The translations under genes were made by a program, and so were the position numbers. Under the pieces are notes generated by a model. It worked only from the letters and a program-made list of their open reading frames with translations, ran no database searches and had not been told where the DNA came from. Positions 41,837 to 54,404 of a DNA stretch of 64,000 nucleotides are shown piece by piece. Within the stretch, counting starts at the first letter, position 1. Each line of letters opens with the position of its first letter. This DNA is from Chrysomallon squamiferum (Eukaryota > Animalia > Mollusca), in NCBI GenBank assembly GCA_012295275.1, contig CM022672.1, forward strand, positions 4,030,001-4,094,000. The letters run 5' to 3'.

Positions 41837-42765
41837 CTGAAACAGTAATCAAATATTAACAGACATTATAAAGAAGAAAAAAAAAGCAGTGAAAAACAAC
41901 ACCATTAAACATATGACATAATTATTATTATATATAAATACAAAAACAATAAACAGTCTGGTGATGTAAATAATTATCCTGGATAAAACATTTTATACTT
42001 TGATATAATTGTCTGTTTTGTTTGTTGTAACTGGGTTTTTGCTAACAATAAAGGATAACCCCCAAAATTACATAACAACCTAATGAAGATGTATGGAAGA
42101 AGAATGGCCTTTCCATTTTATGTCTCTTAGATACTGATCACAAGCCAGTGTTTTTGATGGTTTACTACTCACTGTTTATTATTGATAAATATTGCTTGCA
42201 AACAACAAATAAAACAATAATTTTTATAGTTTATTCTGACAAACGGTTCCTTTTAAAATAAAAATGAAACATTATATGTTCAAAATGGATTTTTGTATCC
42301 CACCACAGCAGAAGATACAATTTCTGAAAGACTCAGATATTTCATTTACTTGGCACTGTAGCCTTAAAATACTGAGAAGTGTAGTCCTTACAGAATTATT
42401 TCCCTTCTTGTGATTTCATGTAATAGGTTTTAAAGCATATCTGATTATTGAACATGTATATTCTCACTGTATGTGACTGAAAGGTTAGACGACAAGCCAA
42501 AGTAAATTGTTATTTGACAATCCAAACTGATTAACTTTAGATGCCAAACTATTCACAATTTTAACATACCAGTTTAATTTTAAATTTGTTTTACCAGTAG
42601 CAACACCAATTATATTTCTATCGTTTTAATTTAATTTTAATTTTATCTAAACCTTTACCCATTCTAATCTGTTTGCAAGTTTTATTATTTACTCACTCTA
42701 AATGGCTTGCTTGTTTGAATCTTTACTTACTCTAAATGTTATCCTTGCTTCAGTTTTTTACTTAC

Positions 42766-42955
42766 TCTCTAACTAATTTACTTGATTCTACAAGGAGTCG
42801 ATCCTGCAACACTTCAATCATTTCATCCTCGTCGTACTCCAGCAACATCAGCGTGTGACATGCCTCTGCTCTCACTGTTGGCTTTTCCTCATAGCGCAGA
42901 GCCCACAGCAGACAGTCACAGATCTTCTCACTCGTTACACCAATCTTACCCAGAG
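42766..42955 (-). CDS. HEATR4: HEATR4 exon (HEAT repeats)
   Basis: (A)LGKIGVTSEKICDCLLWALRYEEKPTVRAEACHTL..LQDRLLVESSKLVR; phase 1-2; |gtaagt. Confidence 0.92.
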
Positions 42956-43394
42956 CTGAGCAAAATTATATTAAAAAAAATAATAATAATAATTATAATA
43001 AAAATATAAATTTAGCAAAAAACAAAAACAAAAAAAAAAAAAAATTCTTATATATTTATGGAAGAACAAATTATAAAAATTATATTAAAAAAAAAAAAAA
43101 AAAAAATAAAAAAAATAATAGTATATATTTAGCCAAATAAAAAAATCTTTGTTTTGTTATATATTTAATGAAATACAAATTATAAAACATTTTATAAAAA
43201 AAAATCTATGATTATACATAAAAGAGGCATAAATGCAGTAGCTTGAAAGTGAGAGAGAATCATGTACATACATACATACATATATACACACACACACATA
43301 CACACACACACATACACACACACACAAATTAAATAGATGAAAAGATTAGTCGAGTTATTTATATATATATATATATATATATACAGACACACAC

Positions 43395-43580
43395 CTTGTA
43401 TTGCTGTGGCTTTGACCTTCCAAACTGAATCAAAGGAAGCTATGTGAACCAGCTTACTGACAACCTGTTCATCTTTGATGTGCAGATTACCACTTGTAAT
43501 ACAAGTCTCCAGCCGGATAGACATGTACGGATCATCAAAACATTTGAGAAAGGGTGGAAGCAGTTTGGCTGTCATTATGC
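43395..43580 (-). CDS. HEATR4: HEATR4 exon (HEAT repeats)
   Basis: GIMTAKLLPPFLKCFDDPYMSIRLETC..DSVWKVKATAIQ, matching the HEATR4 MTAKLLP motif as recalled; phase 1-1. Confidence 0.93.
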
Positions 43581-43889
43581 CTGAAATCAGATTTGTTTAA
43601 AAATTATTAATACAAAAACATAAATATACAGCATCCTTAACAGATTTCACATTCAAAGATGAACAACACCTACATCCATCAAATACACTAACACAGAAAT
43701 TTTTGTTATCCTTAACTATATTTTTACCACATTGATATTTTCTGGCACAAAAAAAAAAAAAAAACCAATAAAAATCACAAGAAAAAAAAAGAAAAAGAAA
43801 ACAGATGTCAACATCATCAGAAACAGAGCCAAGGCAATACCACACCAATTAAAATGTCCACATGTTATATTAGTTAAAATGTAACTGAC

Positions 43890-44073
43890 CTAGCTGACCA
43901 ATTCTGCTGATTGCCTCTAACCGGACCAGTTCACTTCCACTAGCTATTCGGTTTTTAAGTTCATCGTGGACTTCTCGGCCATGTTGAGTCTTGCCAAGAC
44001 ACTGAGCTGCTGCTTTTCTCACTTCTGAATGCCAGTCATTCCACATCAGTTCTGACAGCTTAAGAGTGATGTC
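43890..44073 (-). CDS. HEATR4: HEATR4 exon (HEAT repeats)
   Basis: DITLKLSELMWNDWHSEVRKAAAQCLGKT..EVHDEL..EAISRIGQL; AAG acceptor, |gtcagt; phase 0-1. Confidence 0.93.
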
Positions 44074-44445
44074 CTTGAGAGGGACAGAAAGAAAGAATGA
44101 GTTGTTAATACAGTCCAAGCTATGTATAAATTTGCAGATCTAGAATTGGTAACGAATTCTGCAAGAATCAGTGTCATTCATCCTGAATGTAAAAATATTC
44201 ACCCAAATGAAAATACACTGTCCACTGGGGGGAATAAGTTTATTGAGATTTTTAGTTAAAGTGTATTTGTCTATGTACAAAACAAACCAAAAAATATATA
44301 AATAAATAAAAATGGGGTCATTAAATATAAAAGAATTATTCTATACAAATCATAAACGGCATTAATAAAATATGGAGTATAAAAAATATTTTAAATAAAC
44401 TCTCTAAAAATGTCTGCCAAATTGTTAGTCAAAAATGAGCCTTAC

Positions 44446-44550
44446 CTTATTGATGGTGCCATGCAATGTAGGAAGGATCTTACAAGCAATTACGCGATGT
44501 CGCCAACTACTGCTGTTCAACTGCTCAGCAACCATACAGTGAACCAGAGT
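44446..44550 (-). CDS. HEATR4: HEATR4 exon
   Basis: TLVHCMVAEQLNSSSWRHRVIACKILPTLHGTINK; tttag| and |gtaagg; phase 0-0. Confidence 0.92.
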
Positions 44551-44721
44551 CTAAAGTAAAATACAAATTAGTGAAATTTACCAAAAAACAAAAAACAAAA
44601 TAATTTCTTTGCAGATTCATTCATACAAACATAAAAATATAAAGGTGTGATTAATTACTTATATAGAAATATTTACGAAAAAAAAAAAAAGACTAGAAAA
44701 ATAACCATTTGAAGAACTCAC

Positions 44722-44916
44722 TGAGTTGTTACTGATTTTGGCAAGAAGATGGATGCCCTGTTCATGTTTGATGGAGTCTTCTGTAGTCAGAAGTTGTGTT
44801 ATTATTTCCCCTACTACATCAGAGTCACAAATACCAAAATGTGCAAGACACTGGGCAGCTGTCCATCGTTCTATTGTGGTCTGTCCAAACAGTGTCTTTC
44901 GCAGAATACTCTCAGC
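44722..44916 (-). CDS. HEATR4: HEATR4 exon
   Basis: AESILRKTLFGQTTIERWTAAQCLAHFG..HEQGIHLLAKISNNS; |gtgagt; phase 0-0. Confidence 0.92.
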
Positions 44917-45475
44917 CTGTCCATGAAAACAAACATCTTATAATAAATCACATAATAGATGTATTTATCACTAAAGAGACTTATGACAAAATTATATTAT
45001 AATCATGTTGATTTATTTTTATGTATCGAGAAATTATCTTAAATGTTTTATAGCACATTCACACCAACTGTAACATGGGAATTTGGAAAAACAATATTTT
45101 ACTGAAAATGTCATCTTCTATAAGCCATACATATATAAATCCTAGAGATGGGCTTAGTTACAACATACTCTTGGAGTAATCCTCCTTTGTCATCCTATTG
45201 GATAATTTCCTGCTCCAGACAGTGCAAGATGACTTGCTTGTCAGAGTTTAAGAATTATACTCTCCTATCTAAGATATGGTGCCTTTATTATTATGTCATC
45301 AATATACAAAGAAAAATAACTTACAAGGAAAGTATCTGACAACATGAAAAATATTTTCACTTGATTTAATAACTTGCTACTATTTACTTTGCAGTATATA
45401 CATTAATAAAAATTAAAAAAAAAATAAAAAAAAAAAAAAAAAACTGGCATTTATTTTAGTAATTAATAACAGAAC

Positions 45476-45783
45476 CTTTGGAGTTGGATGATTCAGTGAA
45501 TACAGAGTGATTGCTGCTGTCTTTTTCACTCTGTCATTGCTGTCATCTAGCAGACAGTCAAGACCAAGAAATATTTTTTCATCGATGACAGAAGCTCGTC
45601 TTTCCTCGTAGTCCAGAGTGATACCCTGGTCTGAAGGGGGCTTGTACTCAGCTGCCTTGCCTGCAGTCACAATGGCCTTGAGTCGAACATGTGACTGAAG
45701 GTCTGTCATATCTTGAATCAAATCATCAGTAGTACTGTCAGCAAACTGACCACTAAGGTGCCACTTGGCACGCCACTCATCAA
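45476..45783 (-). CDS. HEATR4: HEATR4 exon
   Basis: (I)DEWRAKWHLSGQFADST..HVRLKAI..LLDDSNDRVKKTAAITLYSL..PK; phase 1-0. Confidence 0.9.
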
Positions 45784-46200
45784 CTGAAAAACATTTATTT
45801 AGTTGTTTTAGAGCAAGAAAACTGGACCTTGAATTGTTGGTATGCCATTCATGGACTAAAACCATGTTTACTTTTTTTTAGTTGTTTTAGAGGAATAGTT
45901 GAAACTATACCTTTATTGGTTTGCCATTCACTGACTGAAAATGAAGTTTAATTATTTAGTTGTTTCAGAGTTGTAGTTGAATTGGACATTCAGTTTATTG
46001 GTATATCATTTATTGATCATAATAGTAATTTCAATTTTTTTGTTTTGTTTTACAGCAATGTTTGAAACTGGATCATGCATCTACTGTATGCCATTCATCA
46101 ACTGGAAAGCAATTTAAATTATTTAGTTGTTTCAGAACAATAGTTGAAATTGGTTCTTTTAATGCCATTCACTGATGGAAAAATAAGTTTAATTATTCAA
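45772..46200. repeat. Degenerate ~72-85 bp tandem repeat that copies the exon acceptor region
   Basis: gcca(c/t)tca..(a)actg..tagttgttt(c/t)aga units start at 45772, 45844, 45923, ~46005, 46090 and 46164. Confidence 0.8.
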
Positions 46201-46600
46201 ATGAAATATGAACTTGAATCCATTAAATTAATTCTTTAACTGACAAATATTAATTACATTTTTTAAAATAAACAATAACAATGTCCTAAAAACATTTTTA
46301 AAAACACAATTCCTGAAACAGGCCAAAATGTTTTCATCAACTGGTGTACTATTTTGACTTTTATTTTTTCTGAATGATGAAATTTCTTTAATTCAATATA
46401 CCTTCTGGTTCGTTTTGTTATTTAAATATTTTTATTTTTTTATTAAAAGTTTTAAATAACCATTTTATTAATAGTCCATTTCACCCCTTTTACATGTCTG
46501 TTTTATAAACAAAACTCAGTGGTCTTTATTTTCAAAACAAAGTTAGTTTAGAGGTATGTATATAACTGAATAAAAGAAATTTAGTGAAAACTGGACTCAC

Positions 46601-46715
46601 TGATTTGTACAAGAGAAGTATTAAGTTTGATAATTCTCCGAGTCTTTGGATCTGGTGATCGATGGAATTCTGGATCATACCCAGGTGGTGCTATATTCAG
46701 TACCTCTGATGTGTC
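46601..46715 (-). CDS. HEATR4: HEATR4 exon
   Basis: DTSEVLNIAPPGYDPEFHRSPDPKTRRIIKLNTSLVQI; tgtag| and |gtgagt; phase 0-1. Confidence 0.85.
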
Positions 46716-47046
46716 CTACAAATAAATACTTTCTCTCAGTATACAATATTCTTTTTTTATTTTTCCATTTAAAACATAAATAATAATAATAATAAAATCC
46801 TAAAAAACACTGTCTTTCTAAACATGAAAGTTGGAATATTTGGTAGAAATGCTGAATCCATTATATTTTCACATCATCATTATGAATACTTCATATCTTC
46901 AAATTCAATACCACTACAAATATTTATGAAATTAGAAATTTTGTTTTCACATATTGCTTTTTATAAGTATTAAAATCATTACATTTTAACCAAATTTGCC
47001 TTTTGCATGGTGGATTATGAGTTTCAGTTTTAAAAACAATTCGTAC

Positions 47047-47267
47047 ATCATAAGGTTCTGGAAGTTCCTTCCACCGCTTACTTCCCTTCTTAATGGTTGT
47101 GATATGTCTGTGGTGAGGAGTTCTTCGTGGCTTTTTCTTTTTCTCAGTTTCAGGGTGCCAGTGTTCAGGAAGTTCAGGGTACTCCCTGCGTAACTGTTTC
47201 TTAAATTTGTTCTGACATTCCATCAAAATTGTTGTATCCTCACCTGGCTGGTAAACCTGCTTGCAGC
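47047..47267 (-). CDS. HEATR4: HEATR4 exon
   Basis: GCKQVYQPGEDTTILMECQNKFKKQLRREYPELPEHW..KGSKRWKELPEPYD; phase 1-0. Confidence 0.88.
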
Positions 47268-47639
47268 CTGAAAAAGTAAACAAAAATGTAAAAAAAATGA
47301 ATGAAAAAAAACAGTCAGCAATACATTTCTAATTTAGAAATAAAATTATTATATTTTATTTAATCTTCAAAGATAGATTTCGTGACTCTGTGTCTCTTTA
47401 CATAGTTTTATACGTATATATGTTTCTATATATTAGGTGTATCTGTTCATATGAATGTGTGTACCTGTGATTATTGGTATATATAAAGTCTCAACAAACA
47501 ATGCAATCTTTTCATTTTTTATTTGATACAGAACTACAAGTCAGATCTCAGTTTTCTTGAAATACACAAAACTGTTTAAAGAACTAAAATTTTAAGAAAT
47601 GATTATCTAGTTATGTGATAATCTAGTTATGGTTTGTAC

Positions 47640-47783
47640 CTGTAAGCCATTCCTGCTGGAATCTGTTTTCTGTTTGATAAACATGTTTACCAACTTTTGG
47701 GTTTATGAAATCTTTCAGTGTTGGGGGTGGTGGGGGCTTGTATGTTTTCACTTCAATATTATGTGCAGTGCTGTTGATGTAGC
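47640..47783 (-). CDS. HEATR4: HEATR4 exon
   Basis: GYINSTAHNIEVKTYKPPPPPTLKDFINPKVGKHVYQTENRFQQEWLT; phase 1-1. Confidence 0.88.
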
Positions 47784-48117
47784 CTGAATGAAAAAATGAA
47801 GCAAAAAATAACTTTTAAATAAGTAAAATATAAATTAAATTAAAAATAAATAAGTAAATAAATAAGTAAATAAATAAATAAATAAATAAATAAATATAAA
47901 TATGTGTGTGTCTGTATATATCTAATATATCTGTAAGTACGTGTATATATATATTTAATTAAAGGCATGCATACACACACACACACTAACACACAGATAC
48001 AAATTTTAAATTACAAATACCATATACCGTATCAGAATAAAATAAAATATAACAAAAATAACATAAAAACTAAATATACAAGTAAGTAAATAAGTAAATA
48101 AATAAACATAAAACAAC

Positions 48118-48251
48118 CTGCTTCTTCTTTCTCTATATTTTTGAACTGTCGCCTCAGTCCAGCTGGCTGACGATAAAAAGGCGCATCGTTGTCCTCGGCA
48201 TAATGCTTGTGAGGTTTTTCTCTGTTCTCAGCCTTCATTCTCTCCAAAAAA
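48118..48251 (-). CDS. HEATR4: HEATR4 exon
   Basis: (N)FLERMKAENREKPHKHYAEDNDAPFYRQPAGLRRQFKNIEKEEA; phase 2-1. Confidence 0.85.
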
Positions 48252-48715
48252 CTGAAAACCAAACAATTCGTTCATAACACAATTTGTTTTCCACTCTTGT
48301 GCTTCAGATCAGTTAATGAATTCATTGAATAATACAAAATACAAATTAATAGAAGTATTCAGAAATGTATCAGAAACATTACAAAAAAAAGAAGTAAAGT
48401 GAAGTGAAATGTAATGAAGTAAAATAATCAAAACAATTTATCTATTCTAAATAAAAAGATAATAAAAGACAGATTGTTATATAATCAAAAGAAAAAAAGA
48501 AAAAAAAAGAATTTCTTTCTTCATTTATTTTGTTTTGCACAACTCAAACTTTTATCAAAATAGAAAATTATTACATCAGAAAGGCAAATTCTTTTTATAC
48601 AGATTAAATATTGTTCTATGGAATTTATTTTTTTTTTAATTTTTAAAGAAAAGAAAAAAAAAAAAAGAATAAATAAATAAATGTATAAAAAAAAAAAGAA
48701 AAAGAATATAGGTAC

Positions 48716-49086
48716 TTCATTTCAGAGAGCTTTCTTGTCTTAGGAAGCTTTTTTTCTTTCTTTTTTTTAAACCCGTCATCACTGTCACCCTCACTGATGT
48801 TATCAGGAACAAGGTCTGCTGTGGTAGGTGGTCCATACCACTCAGTTACAACCTTAGCTAATTTCTCTTTTTCTAGAGAGGCCGGAGTTTTCTCATGAAC
48901 CACCCACTTGGCTGTCAAGGGACTAATGATTGACAGCAAATAGGCATCCCAACCTGGTTGGTCAGGAGTCAAGGGTGGTGCTGATTTGGGAGGGACTGCT
49001 TGTTCTTTAACTTTTTTCTCATCTTTAGCTTCCTTCTCATCTTTGACTTCAGTAAGGAAAACTGAATTTTTCTGCTCATTGTCTTT
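48716..49086 (-). CDS. HEATR4: HEATR4 exon
   Basis: KDNEQKNSVFLTE..GWDAYLLSIISPLTAKWVV..KLSEM; phase 0-2; weak donor |gtacct, but it fits the frame. Confidence 0.85.
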
Positions 49087-49557
49087 CTGAAAGAAAAAAA
49101 AATAGTAATAAAATAAACCTTTTACTTTAAAAAAGGATGAATGAAAAGTTTGTTTAAACACATTTTAACATTAACAGTTTTTAGCTTCATTTTTAATGTT
49201 CTCTAGATAATGAACACATGAAAAAAGAAATTCATTGCTACTTTTACTGATTAGCAGAATATGACTTTGATTAACCACAAACAAGTACAGCAGCTGTCAT
49301 TTTTACATGTTGTTGTGATGTAATACCAATGATCAGTGGGACATCATGAAACTAGAAAGATGGCAAACTTGCTTTATTAGCTGTATTTTAACACCAGGAA
49401 AGAAAGTTGCATAGGTCAGCTAAAACAAGCATTTAGAAGTATATGGGATATATTTATGCTGTTTGTTTTGTAGCTATTGGTATACTTTAACAAGAAACAA
49501 GTAAAGCAAAGTATATAAAATATGTATATTTATAATAGATACAATTTAAAATATTAC

Positions 49558-50130
49558 CTCAGAGATTGTTTCCAGTGTTTTAACATCAGATTTGTGTGAT
49601 TTGGTATCTTCTGAAATACAAGATTTAAATTCATGTTGTTTCTCAAGAGCTTCTTTGTGCATTAAAACAGCTTTTTCTGCTATGGCTGATTTCAGTGGTT
49701 TTAAACGTTTTGTCTCCTTTGCTATTGAACATGGAACATGTCTTATATCAGATCCTCTGGAATTATGTCTTCCGATTGGAATGGTTGATTTGGGTGGTCT
49801 GTATATTATATCACTCACATCCAAAACCTCCCAAAAGTACTTCTCATCATAAGGAAGCATGTGAAAGCATTTCTCCTTGACAACATCTTCAGAAAAAGAC
49901 AAATCAGCACTTATTTTCTTAATGTATTGTCTCTTAACTGGCCCTTTGCTTTTGTCAACAGGCTGTTGTGGTTGAATTGATTTAACAATTGATTTGTCAG
50001 GTCTCCAATACCTAATATCTGGTTTATTCAGAGGTATTTTAAGCATATCTGGATATGGAATTAGGTTTAAATAATTGTCATCTGGATGAGCTTTAGTTTT
50101 AGAGCTGCCCTTCCTTTGCATGGTCTTCAT
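49558..50130 (-). CDS. HEATR4: HEATR4 first coding exon (exon begins at acceptor 50237)
   Basis: MKTMQRK..RQYIKKISADLSFSEDVVKEKCFHMLPY..SDII resembles the HEATR4 N-terminus as recalled. In-frame stops lie upstream of ATG 50130. Donor GAG|gtaata. The 14 exons sum to 4272 nt (1423 aa + stop). Confidence 0.85.
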
Positions 50131-50631
50131 TCTGAAATTTAACTGTTTTCTTGTCCTCACATTTGAAAATAATTATATTAGTGATTAGTCTTTGGCTGCA
50201 TCTTCTTTCTCCACTGACCAATACATTTTAATCATTTCTGAAAAAGAGTTTAAAAATTTCATGATTATGTGCATTTACATGTTTGACAGTCTTTGTATAT
50301 TAGGTGTGCATATATGTATTGTTTCATCGCTTCCAGAATAAAATTAAATAATATTAAAATCACTTGATAAAACACTAAAAATACACATTAAACAGTATGT
50401 GATCAGTATATAAAAAATATGATTGTTACATTCCTACAACTATCTTATGTACCGAGTGTCACATCAAATTGTTTTGCTACAAATCCAAAAGTATAATTAT
50501 AACAGAAAGTAGGAATAAACAAATAACAAAAAATATATATATATATGTTAAATTATGATCAGTCTCATTAATGCATTAAAAGTAATAAAAATCCAAAATG
50601 TCTTAGTAAACAAATATTAATATTTCTTTAC

Positions 50632-50690
50632 CATAGTTTTTAATCATGCGCGCCGCCATATTGTTTTATTGTCGTTAAGCATGGTGCATA
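50632..50690 (-). promoter_or_regulatory. HEATR4 first exon / core promoter with a YY1- or TISU-like AATATGGCGGCG element
   Basis: Minus strand aacaatATGGCGGCGCGC; donor ATG|GTAAAG at 50632/50631; inside a CpG-retaining zone (~50.3-52.9 kb). Confidence 0.55.
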
Positions 50691-51130
50691 ACTCTTGTTA
50701 GTACAGGCGAGGGATTTGTCTTCTCTTGACATTTCGCAAGCAGAAACTAATGTCAAGTAAAACATTTAGTGTGGAAACGGAGGTGGTACAATAATTTCTG
50801 GGGGGAAAATAAATTAAAGGCTTTATACATTCTTATACAAAACTTTGAATATGAAAAAAATCAGCTAGTTTAAAAGAAGAAGAATTTTTTTTTTTTTTAA
50901 ATAGAAACAAACTGTTGCCGACGAAGTATCCGTAATAATAATTTATATAATTTATACATTTGAGGTAGCTTTTGAAGTTTTGATGAAGCTATCACTGAAA
51001 TCAGTTAAAAGTATCAAAATAAGCTGCGCAACAGATTGCATTAAATTTAGCAAAATATTACTTCACCTCCCAATTTTTTTAAAAGATAATTGGTAAAAAC
51101 CTCGGTTTAATTAACTACCGTACCTAAAAG

Positions 51131-51133
<3 letters not shown>

Positions 51134-51189
<56 letters not shown>
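51134..51189. repeat. (CA)n microsatellite; another at 25279-25370
   Basis: Direct reading. Confidence 0.95.
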
Positions 51190-51191
<2 letters not shown>

Positions 51192-52816
51192 ACTGTTTTT
51201 AATTTGTGAAACTATTTTAGCGATAATCTTAATAAATATCTAAAAGTGCTTCATTGCGATTATTAATTTTGTGGACGATATGGAAATGGGGCTGATAATT
51301 TTAATGGCTGATGTACATGGACAACTAACGACGAGGTTGATCATCAGGGTCGTGGCATTTTAAATTACTTAAAACGATTCCTGAAACATGTATGTATTTA
51401 AATTTTTGTGGATCTTTTGTCATTTTCTTCTTCTTTTTATTATTATTATTATTTTATTTGTTTTGAGAATTGTTATATTTCCTTCCTTAGCGTCACGATT
51501 ATGTTATTTCGTACCAGATTTACAATAGCGCAACCTGTTTTTGTACCTATTTTCAGTGATATACAAAATTGTACATTTTTAAAATTATTTTTCTTTCTTT
51601 CGATTTTTATCCATGAACCACTGACAGTACAGTACTTTAAATGTTTTCGACTGTAAAATGTAAAGATATCGGTAACTGAATAATTATATCGACTGAGGCT
51701 GAGCACAGATTTCGAACTTAATAATTATGATCGTTATTATATTATTTTACATTTATTTCTTGAAATTAATAAGTTTTCCGAAATTTTCATATTCATCTTT
51801 TAAGAAATATGATAACAATTTTTCCTCATGGTAAAATATGTTTTAATTCTGGTGAAACAAATACGATTCATCCGATTGTATTTTTATATAACGAAACCAT
51901 TCTATACATTTATTTATCATATAAATAATAAAATTGCATCTCGAAAATTGTAGAGAATATTTATATATGATTAATTTGCGACTAACAAATAAAATATGAC
52001 TTTGTCAAAGGTCACCGTTTTGTTCCATCAAAACTGACCTCTATATAGAAAGGTGTTCGTTTCTGTCAGTGATACAAACGTGACATTTTTCGTCCCACTG
52101 TTAAACTTGTATTAATTAAAATTATGACAAAATTACCAATGCCACTATAAATTCTTATTTTATATATATACGCACACACACACATACATACACACATTTC
52201 TATATTTACATACATATGATACACACATATACATACATATACACACATATATACATACACATATAACACACACATATATATATATATACATAATATATAT
52301 ATACATATATATACATACATATACATATATATACATACAATTATACAGTGGTCTCCCCAGCATTTATGAAAGGGATAGCAGGAATCGGTATAATTGGTAC
52401 AAGTTAAACGAAGTGATGATACAGAAAATGTTCAGGGGACAAGTACTTTGAACAATGTTAAAATTACTTGTTTGTCAAAAATACTCTTATAAATAATAGC
52501 ATCAAATACATTGAATGTTAACAAGTTTATTGTACTAGCAATTAAATCAATGAGTCTGTTTAATTTATTATACAAAATGCCATCTCTTAGAGTATATAGC
52601 AAGACCTGATATATATATATATATATATACATTCACATATACATATATATTTATATACACATACATACATACACACACACATATACACACACACACACGC
52701 ATGCACGCACGCACATATATATATAAATATAGTTGCATATAAATATAAGAAAAAATAATATGACTATAATAATTGCTTTTTTCAAAGAAAATAACCCTGT
52801 TTTATTTTCAGACCAC

Positions 52817-53110
52817 ATGACAACTAAAGCAGTTTCATTTCTTCGTTACACACATGCCTTGGTGCGTGGCATCCCAAACAGTTTTGTCGAGAAAACGGTG
52901 AGAGAAGACAGATCTGTACCAATAGATTTAGCAAAAGCGAAACATCAAAAAGAAACATATATCAAGACTTTGAAAACATGTGGAGTGCAAATTGTGGCTG
53001 TTAGTCCAGATGAAAATCTGCCTGACTGTGTATTCATTGAAGATGCTGCAGTAGTAGTTGGATCCCGAGTGCTGCTGACAAGAATAGGACATCCCAACAG
53101 AGAGAATGAG
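52817..53110 (+). CDS. DDAH1: Dimethylarginine dimethylaminohydrolase, coding exon 1
   Basis: MTTKAVSFLRYTHALVRGIPNSF..IDLAKAKHQ..PDENLPDCVFIEDAAVV..LTRIGHPNRENE; acceptor ttttcag| at 52811; donor |gttagg. Confidence 0.93.
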
Positions 53111-53628
53111 GTTAGGTTTAAATAGAACACATTAAATAATGTTCACAGTGCCAGGGACTGAATCACAGGTTTAAACTGTTACAAGATTAAATTTTATGTA
53201 AACAAAGAAACAAAAACATTATTATTATTTTTATCTTCATTCATTTGAGTTTTAATGATTATGTTTTTAATTTAATAAAAAAAAAAAAAAAAAAAAATTA
53301 ATTAACATTACTTTTAGGCAGGCCACCATAAGATGTCTTGCAAATAATATTATGGTCTTTTTCTATTATGGTCTATTTAAAGATATTGCCAGTTTATATT
53401 TTACTTTGTAAGTAATTTTCTAAAGTTGGATACTTACTTTAGAACAAACCTGTCAAGAATTTGTTGATAAGTACACACTGATGCAAGTTCAGACAAAAAA
53501 TGCAAAATGGGATATCTGAGAGGTTATGTCACAGTTTTATGTACATAACAGCTGCATTATTTTGTCTTGTATAAAAATCTCTCATTATAATGTGTCTTTA
53601 ATTTAAAAACGAAATTTAATTGTTTCAG

Positions 53629-53740
53629 ATAACAGGAGTGAAGGACTGCATTAAGAACACTCTTGGTGTGACTGATCTGCATGAGATGGCTTTATATGAC
53701 AGAAATGCAACATTAGATGGTGGTGATGTTCTCTTTACTG
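53629..53740 (+). CDS. DDAH1: DDAH coding exon 2
   Basis: ITGVKDCIKNTLG..NATLDGGDVLFT(G), the DDAH signature; phase 0-1. Confidence 0.94.
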
Positions 53741-54210
53741 GTAAAAACAAAGATTAATAAATGGTGCTTTTTTTAAGCTCAGACCCAATGTTTCAGTGAT
53801 AGATAACTTTCTTTGGTTCTCCTTTTCAAGCTTTTTCCAATTTCATATAATTTTTACTTAATTAAAATAATCTGTGGATTTGTGGCATCGTAAGTCATAT
53901 TGTGTCATCTTTATGCAAAATCACTGAGAAATGAAACTTTTGTTATAACCACCACTAGAATATTTTAATCAAAAATAAATAAAACATTCACTTCAAACTA
54001 TGCAAAATATATTTATCCTATTTTTAAGTCCCTTTTCAGGTACAGATAGCCAATAAATAATTTTTTAAAAATTAGTTGGTAGTGTGCAAAATGCTTTTAG
54101 TGTATTTATTAGCACTATTAGAAAGTTCATTTTAAAAAGAAAGAAGTAAATAAATCACTTGATAGTGTGTAAAATGTACTAACGTTACAGATAATTATAA
54201 TTATTTAAAG

Positions 54211-54404
54211 GTCATGAGTTCTTTGTTGGACAGTCCAAGAGAACAAATGTGTCAGGAATGAAAGTTCTAGCAGCAGTATTTCCAGAATATCCAGTCACTG
54301 GAATTCCTACATCAGGCAAATTACATATCAAAAATACTGCAACAATGGCTGGTGATGGTGTTATTATTGGTGGTGGAGATGCTGTCTCACAGAAGATTTG
54401 GCAG
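54211..54404 (+). CDS. DDAH1: DDAH coding exon 3
   Basis: GHEFFVGQSKRTNVSGMKVLAAVFPEYPV..LHIKNTATMAG (catalytic His); phase 1-0. Confidence 0.93.
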
